DNA from: Spirochaetia bacterium
GTDB lineage: Bacteria > Spirochaetota > Spirochaetia > UBA9216
Direction of reading: 5' to 3'
Assembly: GCA_965140585.1 (NCBI GenBank)
Contig: OZ223272.1
Location: 493,881 to 557,880 of the forward strand
DNA length: 64,000 nucleotides
This document shows positions 41,579-52,041 of the stretch, in pieces (positions within the stretch are counted from its first letter, which is position 1; each line of letters opens with the position of its first letter). The notes under the pieces were generated by a model, which worked only from the letters and a program-made list of their open reading frames with translations, had not been told where the DNA came from and ran no database searches. Made by a program: the position numbers and the translations under genes.

Positions 41579-42544
41579 TTATAGCAGATCAGTTTTAAAA
41601 AGTCGCCCCTGAAAAGTTTTGCGTGCTGACAATTCACGTCTTACAAGATCATAGAATTCAGTCTTCTTCATAAAACCAAGGGGAGCCGCCAGCTGACTGC
41701 TGCTGCTGTCACAGGTCAGTCTCATTATCATTGTTTCAAGAGGCATGCGTTCAATTGCTCCGATTGTGTATTCCAGATGCATGGCGGTATCGGGAGCATC
41801 AACCTCTCCTTTTTGAAACTCACGGTAAAGAGGACTGTTAACCGGAATATGAAGGTTATGAAATTTCACACCTTCCGGATGAAGCGAGGCCGTATATTCG
41901 CAGCTTGCAAAAATATCTTCCTCGGACTCTCCGGGAAGCCCGAAGATAAGGTGAACCGCTATCTTGATTCCCCTGGAGCGCAGAAGATTGAAAGCTTTTT
42001 CAAAGTCTTCCACAGAATGTCCCCGATTAATCCTTTCCAGCGTTTTATTATGCGCCGACTGAAGCCCCAGCTCGACCCACACATCAAGTCCTTTCCCACG
42101 ATAGGAGGCAAGCAGATCGGCAACATCTTCATCTACACAGTCGGGGCGGGTTGAGACTATCAGCTCGCTGTAAGGATTCAGAGAGAGGCTGTAATCATAA
42201 ATTTCCTTAAGCCGCTCCACAGGGGCGTAGGTTCCCGAAAAGGCCTGAAAGTACAGCAGAAAAACCTCTGCCCGATAGCGTTTTTTAAGAAAAGCTGTAG
42301 CTTTTTCAGTCTGCACAGCAATATCAGCGAATAAATCCGCAAGCGGCGCATCCTCAAATGCATCCTGGGTGCGCTGATACATAGCCCGGGCCCCGAAGGC
42401 ATCGCAGTAGCTGCATCCGGGAGACTGCCGTCCGCCGTCCCTGTTGGGGCATGAAAACCCGGCATCAACACCAACCCTGAATGCCGGGACTCCATACCGT
42501 TTTTTTAGATATGCACTGTAGCTGTAGAATAGATTTCTGTTCAC
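41579..42544 (-). CDS. TIGR01212 family radical SAM protein (YhcC-like)
   Basis: DAGFSCPNRDG....GCSYC, YFQAFSGTY, TRPDC, ELGLQS, HLIFGLPGE. Confidence 0.93.
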   Translation of the reverse strand: MNRNLFYSYSAYLKKRYGVPAFRVGVDAGFSCPNRDGGRQSPGCSYCDAFGARAMYQRTQDAFEDAPLADLFADIAVQTEKATAFLKKRYRAEVFLLYFQAFSGTYAPVERLKEIYDYSLSLNPYSELIVSTRPDCVDEDVADLLASYRGKGLDVWVELGLQSAHNKTLERINRGHSVEDFEKAFNLLRSRGIKIAVHLIFGLPGESEEDIFASCEYTASLHPEGVKFHNLHIPVNSPLYREFQKGEVDAPDTAMHLEYTIGAIERMPLETMIMRLTCDSSSSQLAAPLGFMKKTEFYDLVRRELSARKTFQGRLFKTDLL

Positions 42545-42610
42545 AGCCTATTATCCACCTAATACGGCGGGATTGACAACCCTGCTGCATACGCTTAAAT
42601 TTAGCGGCAG

Positions 42611-43855
42611 ATGAAAAGAATCATATTTACTTTTTTAACACTCAACGTGATGATGCTTTCAGGCTGTTTTCTCATAGATAACAAGACAGCCATTCTAAGC
42701 ACCGACCGGCCGGAAGTCGCTGCCTATGTAGAGATCTTCAATGCTTCCCAGTCAGAATACCGGATAGAACTAGTTTACTCGGAACAGCCATGGGACAGCC
42801 GAACTCTTTATTCACAGGATGCTCCTGATATAGTGATTTCCCGAAACCTGGCGGCGAACACTGTAATAACAGCATTCAATCCGCTTACAAAGCTGATTGA
42901 AAAAGAGCTTTTTGATCCCTCAACTCTGTACCAGCCTCTGTATGCAACCGGAACCAGAGAAGGCGTACCCTATGTACTGCCTTTATCCTTCAACCTTCCT
43001 GCAGTTATATACCGTCAGGGAGCTGTAGATACAAGAGGCTCCGCACTGATAATAACACCTGAGCAGATGAAAAGCATTTCCGGAGATTTTAATTCAAAAT
43101 CCACCGACAGATTCAGAGTTAAGGGATTTGTTCCATCCTGGTCTGAGGACTTCATATACTACAACTCTGTCATCCAGGGCACATCCTATGGTGAAACAGC
43201 AGACGGCTCTACCATCTGGAACAACGAGAATCTTACAGCCTCTGCAGAGTTCTGCCGGGACTGGACCGAAAATCTCAATTCCGGATACGCCGAGGAAACC
43301 GATTTTACCCTTACCTACTGCTATGATCCTGGATATAAACTGCTTAACGCTGAACGCATAGGCTTTTCTTTCACAACACTTCGTGATTTTCTGAGCATTC
43401 CTGCTGAAGAACGTACAAGCCTTGAGTTCAAATGGTTCGGCGGTGATGGTTTCATACCGGTCTGTGATGATATCAACTATATTGGAATTCCAAAAGAATC
43501 ATCCAAAAAGAAAACCGCCGAGGCTTTTCTGGTCTGGATGCTTTCGGCCGACACGCAGAGAACCCTGCTTGAATCAGCACAGTTTAAAAGACTAAGGGTT
43601 TTCGGCATCTGCGACGGCCTCTCTACCATAAGCGAAATAAACGAAAAGGTTATTCCCGAATATTATACAAGGCTGATAGGTCTGATTCCCCCTTCAGAAT
43701 ACCTGCGGGTACCGGCTTCACTTCCTGCTGACTGGGATGAAATAAGGGACGGAGTATTCATTCCCTGGCTTATGGATCAGATATCAGAAACACCCCGGAT
43801 GCCGGCTGTTTCTGACCGGCTCAGAACATGGCTGCTGCAGGAGAAGAAAAACTGA
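42611..43855 (+). CDS. Substrate-binding-like lipoprotein (family 1-like, orphan)
   Basis: Lipobox MLSGC; FNASQ, LPLSFNLP, GIPK.S.....AEAFLVW. Confidence 0.72.
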   Translation: MKRIIFTFLTLNVMMLSGCFLIDNKTAILSTDRPEVAAYVEIFNASQSEYRIELVYSEQPWDSRTLYSQDAPDIVISRNLAANTVITAFNPLTKLIEKELFDPSTLYQPLYATGTREGVPYVLPLSFNLPAVIYRQGAVDTRGSALIITPEQMKSISGDFNSKSTDRFRVKGFVPSWSEDFIYYNSVIQGTSYGETADGSTIWNNENLTASAEFCRDWTENLNSGYAEETDFTLTYCYDPGYKLLNAERIGFSFTTLRDFLSIPAEERTSLEFKWFGGDGFIPVCDDINYIGIPKESSKKKTAEAFLVWMLSADTQRTLLESAQFKRLRVFGICDGLSTISEINEKVIPEYYTRLIGLIPPSEYLRVPASLPADWDEIRDGVFIPWLMDQISETPRMPAVSDRLRTWLLQEKKN

Positions 43856-44355
43856 TGAACAAACCGGTATCACTTAAATTCCTTGAAACCGCACGCAGTG
43901 CCGGTATCTCAGCCGCCTTTGCCGAATCTATTACCGCCGGCAATCTCACATCTGAACTTGTGCAGTACCCGGGAGCTTCCGCCGTACTTCGAGGCGGGGT
44001 AACGGCCTACTCAAACGAGGTGAAGCGCTCGGTTCTGGGCGTTCAGCAGAGCACACTTGATGCCTACGGTGCTGTATCTTCGCAGACTGTTACCGAAATG
44101 CTTAAAGGACTGTCTGAACAAATCAGGGCCGATATCTACGCGGCTGTTTCAGGAGTCGCAGGTCCTGACGGGGGAACTGTAGAAAAGCCGGTCGGTACCG
44201 TCGATATAGGCTTCATGTTCAGGGATAAGCTGACAACTGAAAGAGTTATTTTCTCCGGAACCCGTGAGGAAATCATAAAAGCTTGTGTTGAACATGTTTA
44301 CACAAGACTGCTTGAAGAGGTCGAGAAAGCTTGCAGCAGCAAATTGCAGCAATAG
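43855..44355 (+). CDS. pncC: CinA C-terminal domain protein / NMN amidohydrolase
   Basis: AESITAG, PGAS, AYSNEVK, GAVS, SGVAGPDGGT.EKPVGTV. Confidence 0.85.
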   Translation: MNKPVSLKFLETARSAGISAAFAESITAGNLTSELVQYPGASAVLRGGVTAYSNEVKRSVLGVQQSTLDAYGAVSSQTVTEMLKGLSEQIRADIYAAVSGVAGPDGGTVEKPVGTVDIGFMFRDKLTTERVIFSGTREEIIKACVEHVYTRLLEEVEKACSSKLQQ

Positions 44356-45842
44356 CTGTTCCCCCTGTATTCGATTTTTACTTCACACCTTCGAGGGCAT
44401 CAGCTCTTGGAGCCCGGACAGTTAAAACCATACTTGAACATTACGGTTTTGAAACGGAACTTTTTAATTTTCCGGCCCTCAGAAAGCGGGGCAGTAGACA
44501 GCCCCTGCCCGATGAGTTAAGCCATTTAAAACCTCATATAATAGAAAATGAAACAGGGCCCCTGTCATTTTTCACAAAGTATCAGCGTTTCGGTCCCGAC
44601 TATCATGAATGTGCAGAAATGATAAAATCCTGCGGAGCCGATTATCTGTTCATATCCTGCTTCGCATGGGCATACGCCGAATCAACACTAAAGCTTGCCG
44701 AAGCAGTCAAAAACATTTCACCCGAAGTCAGGATAATTGCAGGAGGTGCCGGGGTCACAGTTAACCCTGTATACTTCGCAGACTGCCCTGACATAGACCA
44801 GGTTCTATGCGGAGAGGCCGAGAAAGTCCTCGGCGATTTCCTGAAACATGAAGCGGGAATTTCCGGCAGTCTGTATGAATCGGAATTACAGCCCTTTATT
44901 CCTTCAGCAGCAGTGAATGAAGGAAGGGGAAAACAGGGGACAACACGGGTAACGCTTTCAGTAAGCAGGGGCTGTCCGAACCGCTGCAGTTTCTGCTCAA
45001 ACTTCCTGGTTCACGGACGTGAGTTCAGAAAACTGCCAATACCGGCAGTCGAAGATATGCTGAAATCCTTAAGACTGAAGGGCCCGCTTCATTTCAATTT
45101 TGAGGATGACAACCTTCTTGCCGACAAATCCTACTTCATAGCTCTGCTGGAATTGCTTGGAACAAGATATCCCGGTTCGATATTCACAGCCGAGAACGGC
45201 CTTGAATACAACCTGCTAAGCCCCCAACTCACAAGACAGCTGATAGGGCTTGGTTTCAGAAGTTTCAACCTTTCAATGGCCTCCTCAGATTTAATACTTC
45301 TTGATTCCCAGAACCGGCCGTCTACGCCCGGAAGGCTTAAGGAAATATCCGGAGTCCTGCAGGTCCGGAATATCCTGTCCACTGTTTACTTTATCTGTGG
45401 AATGAAGAATGAAACTATTGACTCTACAGCTTCAAACCTCATAGCCCTTCATAACATGCCGGTTCTCACCGGAATAAGCATGTTCTACCCGGTCCCGGGC
45501 CTTCCCGGTTTTGAGAATCCGGAAATCTTCAGCAAGTACAAGCCCTTTCTATGCGCAGGCAGTTCTGCCTGGCCCTGGAACAACTCTCTCTCCACTGCCG
45601 GACTGATAACCGCATTCAGACTCGCAAGGCTGTCAAATATGATTAAAACTCTTACAGCACAAATTCCCGGAACCAGGCACGATAAAATCCAGGAACAGGA
45701 CAGCCGGCTTGTGAAAGAAATTTTCAGAGAGAGAAGACTCAAAACCATCAGAGGAAAAGAGATAACAGATATTCCGGAAGCTGAAAACAAGCTGGTTGAG
45801 ACCTTCCTTGAACAGGCTCTCAGACCGGGGCTACTTGACTAA
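44331..45842 (+). CDS. B12-binding domain radical SAM protein
   Basis: IIAGGAG...GEAE B12-binding region; SRGCPNRCSFC; F.DDN; start codon uncertain. Confidence 0.87.
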   Translation: MQQQIAAIAVPPVFDFYFTPSRASALGARTVKTILEHYGFETELFNFPALRKRGSRQPLPDELSHLKPHIIENETGPLSFFTKYQRFGPDYHECAEMIKSCGADYLFISCFAWAYAESTLKLAEAVKNISPEVRIIAGGAGVTVNPVYFADCPDIDQVLCGEAEKVLGDFLKHEAGISGSLYESELQPFIPSAAVNEGRGKQGTTRVTLSVSRGCPNRCSFCSNFLVHGREFRKLPIPAVEDMLKSLRLKGPLHFNFEDDNLLADKSYFIALLELLGTRYPGSIFTAENGLEYNLLSPQLTRQLIGLGFRSFNLSMASSDLILLDSQNRPSTPGRLKEISGVLQVRNILSTVYFICGMKNETIDSTASNLIALHNMPVLTGISMFYPVPGLPGFENPEIFSKYKPFLCAGSSAWPWNNSLSTAGLITAFRLARLSNMIKTLTAQIPGTRHDKIQEQDSRLVKEIFRERRLKTIRGKEITDIPEAENKLVETFLEQALRPGLLD

Positions 45843-45910
45843 TTTCACTGCTTCAATATAGGATCGGCTCATCTATCTTTGCCTTTTTACAAGCATTCAG
45901 GGAGTATATA

Positions 45911-47236
45911 ATGAACACGGAAAGAATCGGTGTAGCCGTAATAGGCTGCGGAGTTGTGGGCGGCGCAACAGCAAATCTACTTGTTAAAGACAGTGAACTC
46001 CTTACCAAGAAAACCGGAAAAGAACTATTTTTGAAATATATCGTTGATGTCAATTTCAGCAGGGCCGAAGAAATGGGTCTGGACTCTGCTCTTTTTGAAT
46101 CAGACATAAATAAAGTTCTTGCTGATGAGGAAGTTAAAATCTGTGTGGAACTCATCGGCGGAACTACCATTGCAAAAACAATGACCGAGAAGATTCTCAA
46201 AACCGGAAGAACCGTGGTTACTGCCAACAAGGCTCTTCTTGCCCTTCACGGTCAGGAACTCATGGCGGTTGCAAGAGAAAACAACGCAGCAATAGGCTTT
46301 GAAGCATCATGCGGCGGAGGAATCCCGATCATCAGGGCGTTAATGGACGGCCTTCTTGCAAACAGAATCGACGCCTTCTACGGTATTGTTAACGGTACCT
46401 GCAACTATATTCTTACAGAGATGATCCAGAAGGGGCAGAGCTATGCCGATGCCCTTGCCGATGCACAGAGAGACGGACTTGCTGAAGCCGATCCGACCCT
46501 CGACGTAACCGGCGGAGACTCGTCCCACAAACTCGCAATTATGTCGGCACTTTCATTCGGAAAGAGCATTGACTACAGTAAAATCTCGGTTCATGGAATC
46601 GATACTCTGGACCTTCAGGATGTTAAATACGGTCAGGAACTGGGCTATATTGTCAAGCTTCTTGCTATTGCTCAAAGAAAGGACAATGGCTTAAGCCTCA
46701 GAATCAGTCCGGCCTTTATTTCAAAGGAACATCCCCTGGCATGGGTATCAGGCCCATTCAACGCGGTAAGCGTTTACGGCAGCAACGTAGGGCATACCAT
46801 GTACTATGGACGCGGAGCAGGCGGATCCCCCACAGCTTCTGCTGTTATGGCTGATGTAATATCGGCAGCACTCGGCATCACCCAGCTTCAGTTCAACAGC
46901 CTTGGACTCTGGCCTGATCAGACCGAACCTGCCGTTCAGCTTCCGGTGGAGGAATTTGAAAGCAGGTATTACCTTAGAGCAATGATTGAGGATGAGCCCG
47001 GAATGCTGGGCAGACTGGCTACAATACTCGCCGATCACGACATCAGCATCGCATCAGCTCTTCAGAAGGAGCCGGCCTCACCGAAAAGTAAGGAAGTTCC
47101 TCTGGTAATCACAACTCACGACACCAGCGAGGGAAGTATGCGGAAGGCTGTAGCTGCAATCGAGAACCTTAGCGGCGTAAGCGGAAAACCGGTTTTTATC
47201 GGTATCGTTGATGAACATGAAGAGTTCAACAGATAA
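45911..47236 (+). CDS. hom: Homoserine dehydrogenase with C-terminal ACT domain
   Basis: GCGVVG, VVTANKAL, FEASCGGGIP, GIVNGTCNYIL, AEADPTLDV, GAGG.PTASAV. Confidence 0.96.
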   Translation: MNTERIGVAVIGCGVVGGATANLLVKDSELLTKKTGKELFLKYIVDVNFSRAEEMGLDSALFESDINKVLADEEVKICVELIGGTTIAKTMTEKILKTGRTVVTANKALLALHGQELMAVARENNAAIGFEASCGGGIPIIRALMDGLLANRIDAFYGIVNGTCNYILTEMIQKGQSYADALADAQRDGLAEADPTLDVTGGDSSHKLAIMSALSFGKSIDYSKISVHGIDTLDLQDVKYGQELGYIVKLLAIAQRKDNGLSLRISPAFISKEHPLAWVSGPFNAVSVYGSNVGHTMYYGRGAGGSPTASAVMADVISAALGITQLQFNSLGLWPDQTEPAVQLPVEEFESRYYLRAMIEDEPGMLGRLATILADHDISIASALQKEPASPKSKEVPLVITTHDTSEGSMRKAVAAIENLSGVSGKPVFIGIVDEHEEFNR

Positions 47237-47270
47237 ACAGCTGAGTTTAACCCTCAAATAATAAATTACA

Positions 47271-47299
47271 AGCCTCTGCATAATGCAGGGGCTTTTTTT
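47271..47299 (+). terminator. Terminator after hom
   Basis: AGCCTCTGCA-TAA-TGCAGGGGCT followed by a T run. Confidence 0.78.
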
Positions 47300-47330
47300 A
47301 CTGATATGAAAAATACCGGATTAAATTGGA

Positions 47331-48038
47331 TTAAAGACTAAAGGGAAGAATCGGATCGATTGCAGCAAGCAGTGCAACAAGGATCAGGGCTGGAAGAAAA
47401 TTGGCAGTCTTTATATCCTTCAGTTTCAGAAGATTGATACCTATCATTATAATCATTATCCCGCCGAGTCCGGATATTTCGGAAATTACAAGCTGTGGTA
47501 TGAAATCACCGAAGAAGACAGCAAGAAGAGTCAGTCCGCCCTGAATAACCAGTACGGTAATAATGGAAAAAGCCACACCTATACCCATTCCGGCAGCAAA
47601 AATAATTGATGAAATACCGTCCATAACCGACTTGGTCAGAAGCAGGTCGTATTCCTTTGCAACTCCAGCCCGTATTGAACCGACAATTGTCATTGCTCCT
47701 ATGCAGAAGAGGATCGAACCGTTAAGAAACCCGTGTGCAAAGGCTCCGGTTTTTTCGGATGACTTCCGGCTGAATCTTTTTTCAAGAAAACTGCCGAATT
47801 TCATAATAGCTCCGTCGATGTTCATCAGGTAGCCGATATAGCCGCCGAGCGTAATCGAAATTACCACATACAGGGTCTTTGTGTACTCAAAGCACATTCT
47901 GATCCCGATCACCATAGAGATCATCCCGATTCCCATAAAAAGCACCTCATTGTGCTCTGTTTTAACCCGATCCCCAAGCTTTACCCCGATCACCGACCCG
48001 ATCAGGATTGTTAGACAATTGATAAATGTTGCTATCAT
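47331..48038 (-). CDS. DUF554 family membrane protein
   Basis: T.IN...I..GS.IG, LFCIGAMTIVGS, KSVMDG, IKTANFLP. Confidence 0.9.
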   Translation of the reverse strand: MIATFINCLTILIGSVIGVKLGDRVKTEHNEVLFMGIGMISMVIGIRMCFEYTKTLYVVISITLGGYIGYLMNIDGAIMKFGSFLEKRFSRKSSEKTGAFAHGFLNGSILFCIGAMTIVGSIRAGVAKEYDLLLTKSVMDGISSIIFAAGMGIGVAFSIITVLVIQGGLTLLAVFFGDFIPQLVISEISGLGGIMIIMIGINLLKLKDIKTANFLPALILVALLAAIDPILPFSL

Positions 48039-48203
48039 ATCCCCGATAATAACTTTTTTGTGGTATAATGTGAATAATATAAATGATGGACGTGAGTTTT
48101 TTGTTATCAGCAATATTAACTGACAAATCGCTCAGCAAACCCTTAATAATTACAATAAAACAGTCGATTAATAATGTAGATAATATAAAAAAAGGGGGAT
48201 TCC

Positions 48204-48536
48204 ATGGGAACCGCTCAGGCAACTAAGATGAATGACATCGTTGAGTCAGCTGAATCTATCTCGGAAAACAAGATCTACTGCGCCAATTGTGTACACTGCA
48301 AACTAGTAAGAACAAAAACAGGTGCAGGCGGGCAATACTGTCTGAGAGTAAGATGCGATGCCGGCATGTGGCGGAAAAAGCTTGGAGAGGAAAAAGTATA
48401 CAAATACTTTACCGTAGCAAGAAGAAGCCCTGATTCCTGCAGTCATTATGAGCCGATGGGAGATCCCAAGGAATTTATCAAAGAACTCAAAAAGACACTG
48501 CCGATCAAGGATGAGGTTTACACAAGCCTTTATTAA
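48204..48536 (+). CDS. Small Cys-rich hypothetical protein
   Basis: CANCVHC...C..RC...C; GGGGG RBS. Confidence 0.7.
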   Translation: MGTAQATKMNDIVESAESISENKIYCANCVHCKLVRTKTGAGGQYCLRVRCDAGMWRKKLGEEKVYKYFTVARRSPDSCSHYEPMGDPKEFIKELKKTLPIKDEVYTSLY

Positions 48537-48551
48537 TCCTAATATATCTTC

Positions 48552-48947
48552 ATGAAAAGAAGATTCATATTAGCTGCAGCAGTACTGCTGGCCTTAACAG
48601 CTTCATGCACAACAACCGAAACTGTAATCGATGAAAATCTCAGTCCGGGTGAATACTTCAGACTCGCCCAGACTGCATCAAGCGACTATGATGACTATTC
48701 CACAGCGCTCGCTTATTATGAAGCTTTCATAAAAAGATATCCTGATGATGCAATAATGATCATTGAGGCCGAATATGAAATTGCTTTCCTTTATTACAAG
48801 ATGGGTGATAAAACTACAGCCGAAAAACTCTTTAATGAAATAATTGACAAGTACAGCAGACCAGAGGCTGCAATTCTTCCTGCATGGCCTAGAGTTTTAT
48901 CATCGAAGATGCTCGACAAACTGAACAACTCTACTGCGGCAGAATAA
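48552..48947 (+). CDS. TPR-repeat lipoprotein (BamD/YfiO-like)
   Basis: Lipobox LTASC; YY..FI.RYP.......A.YEIAFLYYK.G. Confidence 0.78.
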   Translation: MKRRFILAAAVLLALTASCTTTETVIDENLSPGEYFRLAQTASSDYDDYSTALAYYEAFIKRYPDDAIMIIEAEYEIAFLYYKMGDKTTAEKLFNEIIDKYSRPEAAILPAWPRVLSSKMLDKLNNSTAAE

Positions 48948-50040
48948 TAGTAGTTATTTCAATATCAAAAGCTTCAGCATCATCATAAACCATTTCTTTA
49001 GTAACCTTACCCCGCGGTCTTTCGTGGGGTGGGGCATCTCCGATTAGAATAAGCTTGCGATCTTCTGCCTGCCATGAAAAAGCATGTATTCCTTCATAGA
49101 GAGCTTCATATACAGCCTCTGGAATATCTCTTCCGCCGAAAACGGTAGTCCTGTTAAGGACCGCCTGCACGGTATTGAAATCGGACTGAAAGGGCCTGAC
49201 CCTGGTAAGATATTCATCGTGATAGTCCCTGTAGAGAACCATTCCAAAACGAAAATGACTGTAACCGGCTGTAATCTCCTTAAGCATAGGAACCAGTTCT
49301 TTTTTAAGGAATGGAATATCATTTTCCATGCTTGCGGTTGTATCAAGAGCAAGAACCAGATCAAGACTGCCGCTGTCGACATCGTCCAGAATCTCACCGA
49401 GAACTCTAAGGATATCTTCCTCACCAAGACATTTTATAGCCTCACCCCGGCCTTCCTCTGCAATTTCCTCATAGCTTTCCAGTGTATCTTCCATATAATT
49501 ACCCTCGGGAGGTCCGGGAAGCGGAACCTGCTCTACAGCTATTATAAAGGGATTGTCCTTGAAGCCTGCTGCATAATCGGCATACTTATTTCCGAAAGCC
49601 CTGATACTGAGGTAGGTACCGTCAACGACAAGGATTTCACCGCTGCGGCTCCATGAATAACCGTAGACTACAATGTAGGGTATAAATATTCTGAACGCGT
49701 CTCCAAAACCTTCCAGATATTCGGGGGTGGAATCGATAAGCGAATAAAGTTTCTTTTCAGGATCGAGAAACTCACCGTTAAGCATCCGCTTCTCATCACC
49801 GTTGTACTTGTTGTATTCGGGAGCCCTTAGGGCATATGAGGCAGCCTGCTTCTGTGGATCAGCCGTTGATTCGGTAAGAAGAATGGAGCCTATCCCCTCC
49901 TTTGCCTTAACCCACAGAAAATATCCGCCTTCAATAGTCTGTTCAATCCGGAGATCCTCAACACCTATACTCAGGTCCTGCGCCGCAGAGGGAAGGATCT
50001 GTACAGCAATCATTAAAAGAAAAATTACAGCCTTTCTCAT
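48931..50040 (-). CDS. Secreted von Willebrand factor A domain protein
   Basis: Signal peptide; DLVLALDTTASM (MIDAS), YRDY, GG.D.PEAV, LIGDAPPH. Confidence 0.88.
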   Translation of the reverse strand: MRKAVIFLLMIAVQILPSAAQDLSIGVEDLRIEQTIEGGYFLWVKAKEGIGSILLTESTADPQKQAASYALRAPEYNKYNGDEKRMLNGEFLDPEKKLYSLIDSTPEYLEGFGDAFRIFIPYIVVYGYSWSRSGEILVVDGTYLSIRAFGNKYADYAAGFKDNPFIIAVEQVPLPGPPEGNYMEDTLESYEEIAEEGRGEAIKCLGEEDILRVLGEILDDVDSGSLDLVLALDTTASMENDIPFLKKELVPMLKEITAGYSHFRFGMVLYRDYHDEYLTRVRPFQSDFNTVQAVLNRTTVFGGRDIPEAVYEALYEGIHAFSWQAEDRKLILIGDAPPHERPRGKVTKEMVYDDAEAFDIEITTIILPQ

Positions 50041-50096
50041 ATCTATAAGTATCGGCGCGGGACTGCCGGTTTACAAGTTGTAAATTAAAAGAGACA

Positions 50097-51032
50097 TCAG
50101 CCGGCCTGTGCAGCAGTTTTCTTATTACTTCCTGCCTTAGCCCCCCAGCTGTTCTGACCAATTATAACACCTGCCAGAACAACAGCGGCGGCGGCAGTTT
50201 GTACCGGAGTAAGCCCCTCTCCCAGTATGAGCCAGCCGGTAATAATTGTAATCACCGGGACGAGGTTGATGAATGATGATGCCTTTGAAGCATCAATCCT
50301 GCTTATTCCCCAGTTATACATACCGAAGGCGCCGAGCGTTACGAATGTACCCAGAAAAACCATTAGAATAATCAGCTGAGGAGTCCAGACCGCAGTTCCG
50401 CTGTGCACAAGGCCGGCGGCTCCGGGAAGAAAAAACAGGGTGCCTGCAAGGGCTTGAAATGCAGTAAGCGTCCATGGGTTATATCGTCTGCTCAACTTTT
50501 TGATTATAAGCATATTTCCTGCGGCAAAAAGCATGGCCGCAGCCTCAAGCAGGTTTCCTATGACAGGATTTGCAGCCTTCTCATCATGCCCCTGAAACAT
50601 AGTAAGAAAGATAACCCCTCCAACCGAAAGCAAAAGCCCTGTAACGGTAAACATGCTTATACGTTCATTGAACATAAACCTTGCGCCTATAGCAACAAGA
50701 ACAGGAACCGAAGCGGCAATAACACCCGCCTGACTTGAGGTTGTAAGAGTAAGGGCATTTGATTCAAACAGAAAATACAGGCAGGGCTGAAACAGCACCA
50801 TCGGAATTATATATCGAAGATCTCTTATTTGAAAATCCTTCGGCCTGAGTTTTCCGAAAAAGGGAATCAGGACAATCAGGGCTGTGAGCATTCTTGTAAA
50901 TACTACGGTTGTAGGCGGCAGAACCCTCAGTACAATTCGCATTGCAACAAATGAGCAGCCCCATAGAATTACAGCAGCCATTATTGCTGTTACCGAAATC
51001 GCTGTACTCTTACTATTATTGTTCTGCATCAT
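50097..51032 (-). CDS. DMT/EamA family transporter
   Basis: LWGCSF, about 10 TM segments, AS.ASSFINLVPV...LGE. Confidence 0.9.
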   Translation of the reverse strand: MMQNNNSKSTAISVTAIMAAVILWGCSFVAMRIVLRVLPPTTVVFTRMLTALIVLIPFFGKLRPKDFQIRDLRYIIPMVLFQPCLYFLFESNALTLTTSSQAGVIAASVPVLVAIGARFMFNERISMFTVTGLLLSVGGVIFLTMFQGHDEKAANPVIGNLLEAAAMLFAAGNMLIIKKLSRRYNPWTLTAFQALAGTLFFLPGAAGLVHSGTAVWTPQLIILMVFLGTFVTLGAFGMYNWGISRIDASKASSFINLVPVITIITGWLILGEGLTPVQTAAAAVVLAGVIIGQNSWGAKAGSNKKTAAQAG

Positions 51033-51086
51033 ATGTCTCTCCATCGCCTTTGATTAGGATGCATTCTATTACTGTGATAATTTTTT

Positions 51087-51929
51087 TTATTGGAGAAAAT
51101 TGCTGTCTGAGTGCAGATACTGCCTGGGTGTTGCACCGGTGTAGGTTCTGAATGTATTTGTCAGATGGCTCTGATCACTGAAACCGGAGGCAAGAGCTAC
51201 CTCGGAAAAGGGCATACCGCTTCGGATAAGTCTTCCGGCTGCAACCAGTCTTTTCTGAACCCTGTATGCATGAGGAGATATACCGTAATGCTGTTTGAAT
51301 GTTCTAAGGAAGTGATAACTGCTTAAGCCGGCTTCGGCAGCAGCTTCCTCAAGCCCTATTTTCCTATCAAGCTCCGATGAAAGCAGCTCCGCCGCCCGTC
51401 TCAAAGCCGGAACATTTCCTGCAAGGGATTCAGCCGCCCCGGGGCTTGCTGTATATCCTTTGATCAGCCTGCCTATAAACTCAAGTCCCGCAGTCTCAGC
51501 CGCCAGGCTGTCCACTGAATATCTGACAACATTTACAAGACTGCTGAAGCCGGCAGAAAGTTCGCTGTCACTGATAATAACGCTCTCAAACTCGGGAAGA
51601 TCAACCGGCAGATCTCCGTAGAGGCAGCTGAAATTCCGCATTGCCTCATTGCTGATATACATCATGGTGTAGGTATAGCATTCTCCGGGCCTGGGGATTC
51701 CGGAGTGAACCTGCCCCGGGTTGATGACCGCGATATCTCCTGGTTTAACAAATGAACTCTCATCAAACCTGCCGTTCCATGAATTACCGCCGCGGTTCAT
51801 CAGACCTACAGCATAGAAATCATCATGAGAGTGCTTCGGAAATGAGTGCTGCATGTCTATACTCAGACACAATTCAATTCCGTTTACTGCGGGGTTTCTG
51901 AAGTATGATACATTGTTCAGGTTGTTCAC
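51087..51929 (-). CDS. AraC family transcriptional regulator
   Basis: Cupin FPKHSHD...INPGQVH; HTH LSSYHFLRTFK and VALASGFSDQSHLTNTF. Confidence 0.93.
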   Translation of the reverse strand: MNNLNNVSYFRNPAVNGIELCLSIDMQHSFPKHSHDDFYAVGLMNRGGNSWNGRFDESSFVKPGDIAVINPGQVHSGIPRPGECYTYTMMYISNEAMRNFSCLYGDLPVDLPEFESVIISDSELSAGFSSLVNVVRYSVDSLAAETAGLEFIGRLIKGYTASPGAAESLAGNVPALRRAAELLSSELDRKIGLEEAAAEAGLSSYHFLRTFKQHYGISPHAYRVQKRLVAAGRLIRSGMPFSEVALASGFSDQSHLTNTFRTYTGATPRQYLHSDSNFLQ

Positions 51930-52041
51930 ACTTTGATAATAAAAAACCGCGGTATATGCAGTCAAGATCCCTTAGCCCCGCCAAATAGACAAAGGACATG
52001 ATTTTGAATAGTATTACAGTAATTACAGCCAAGGAGTTATG

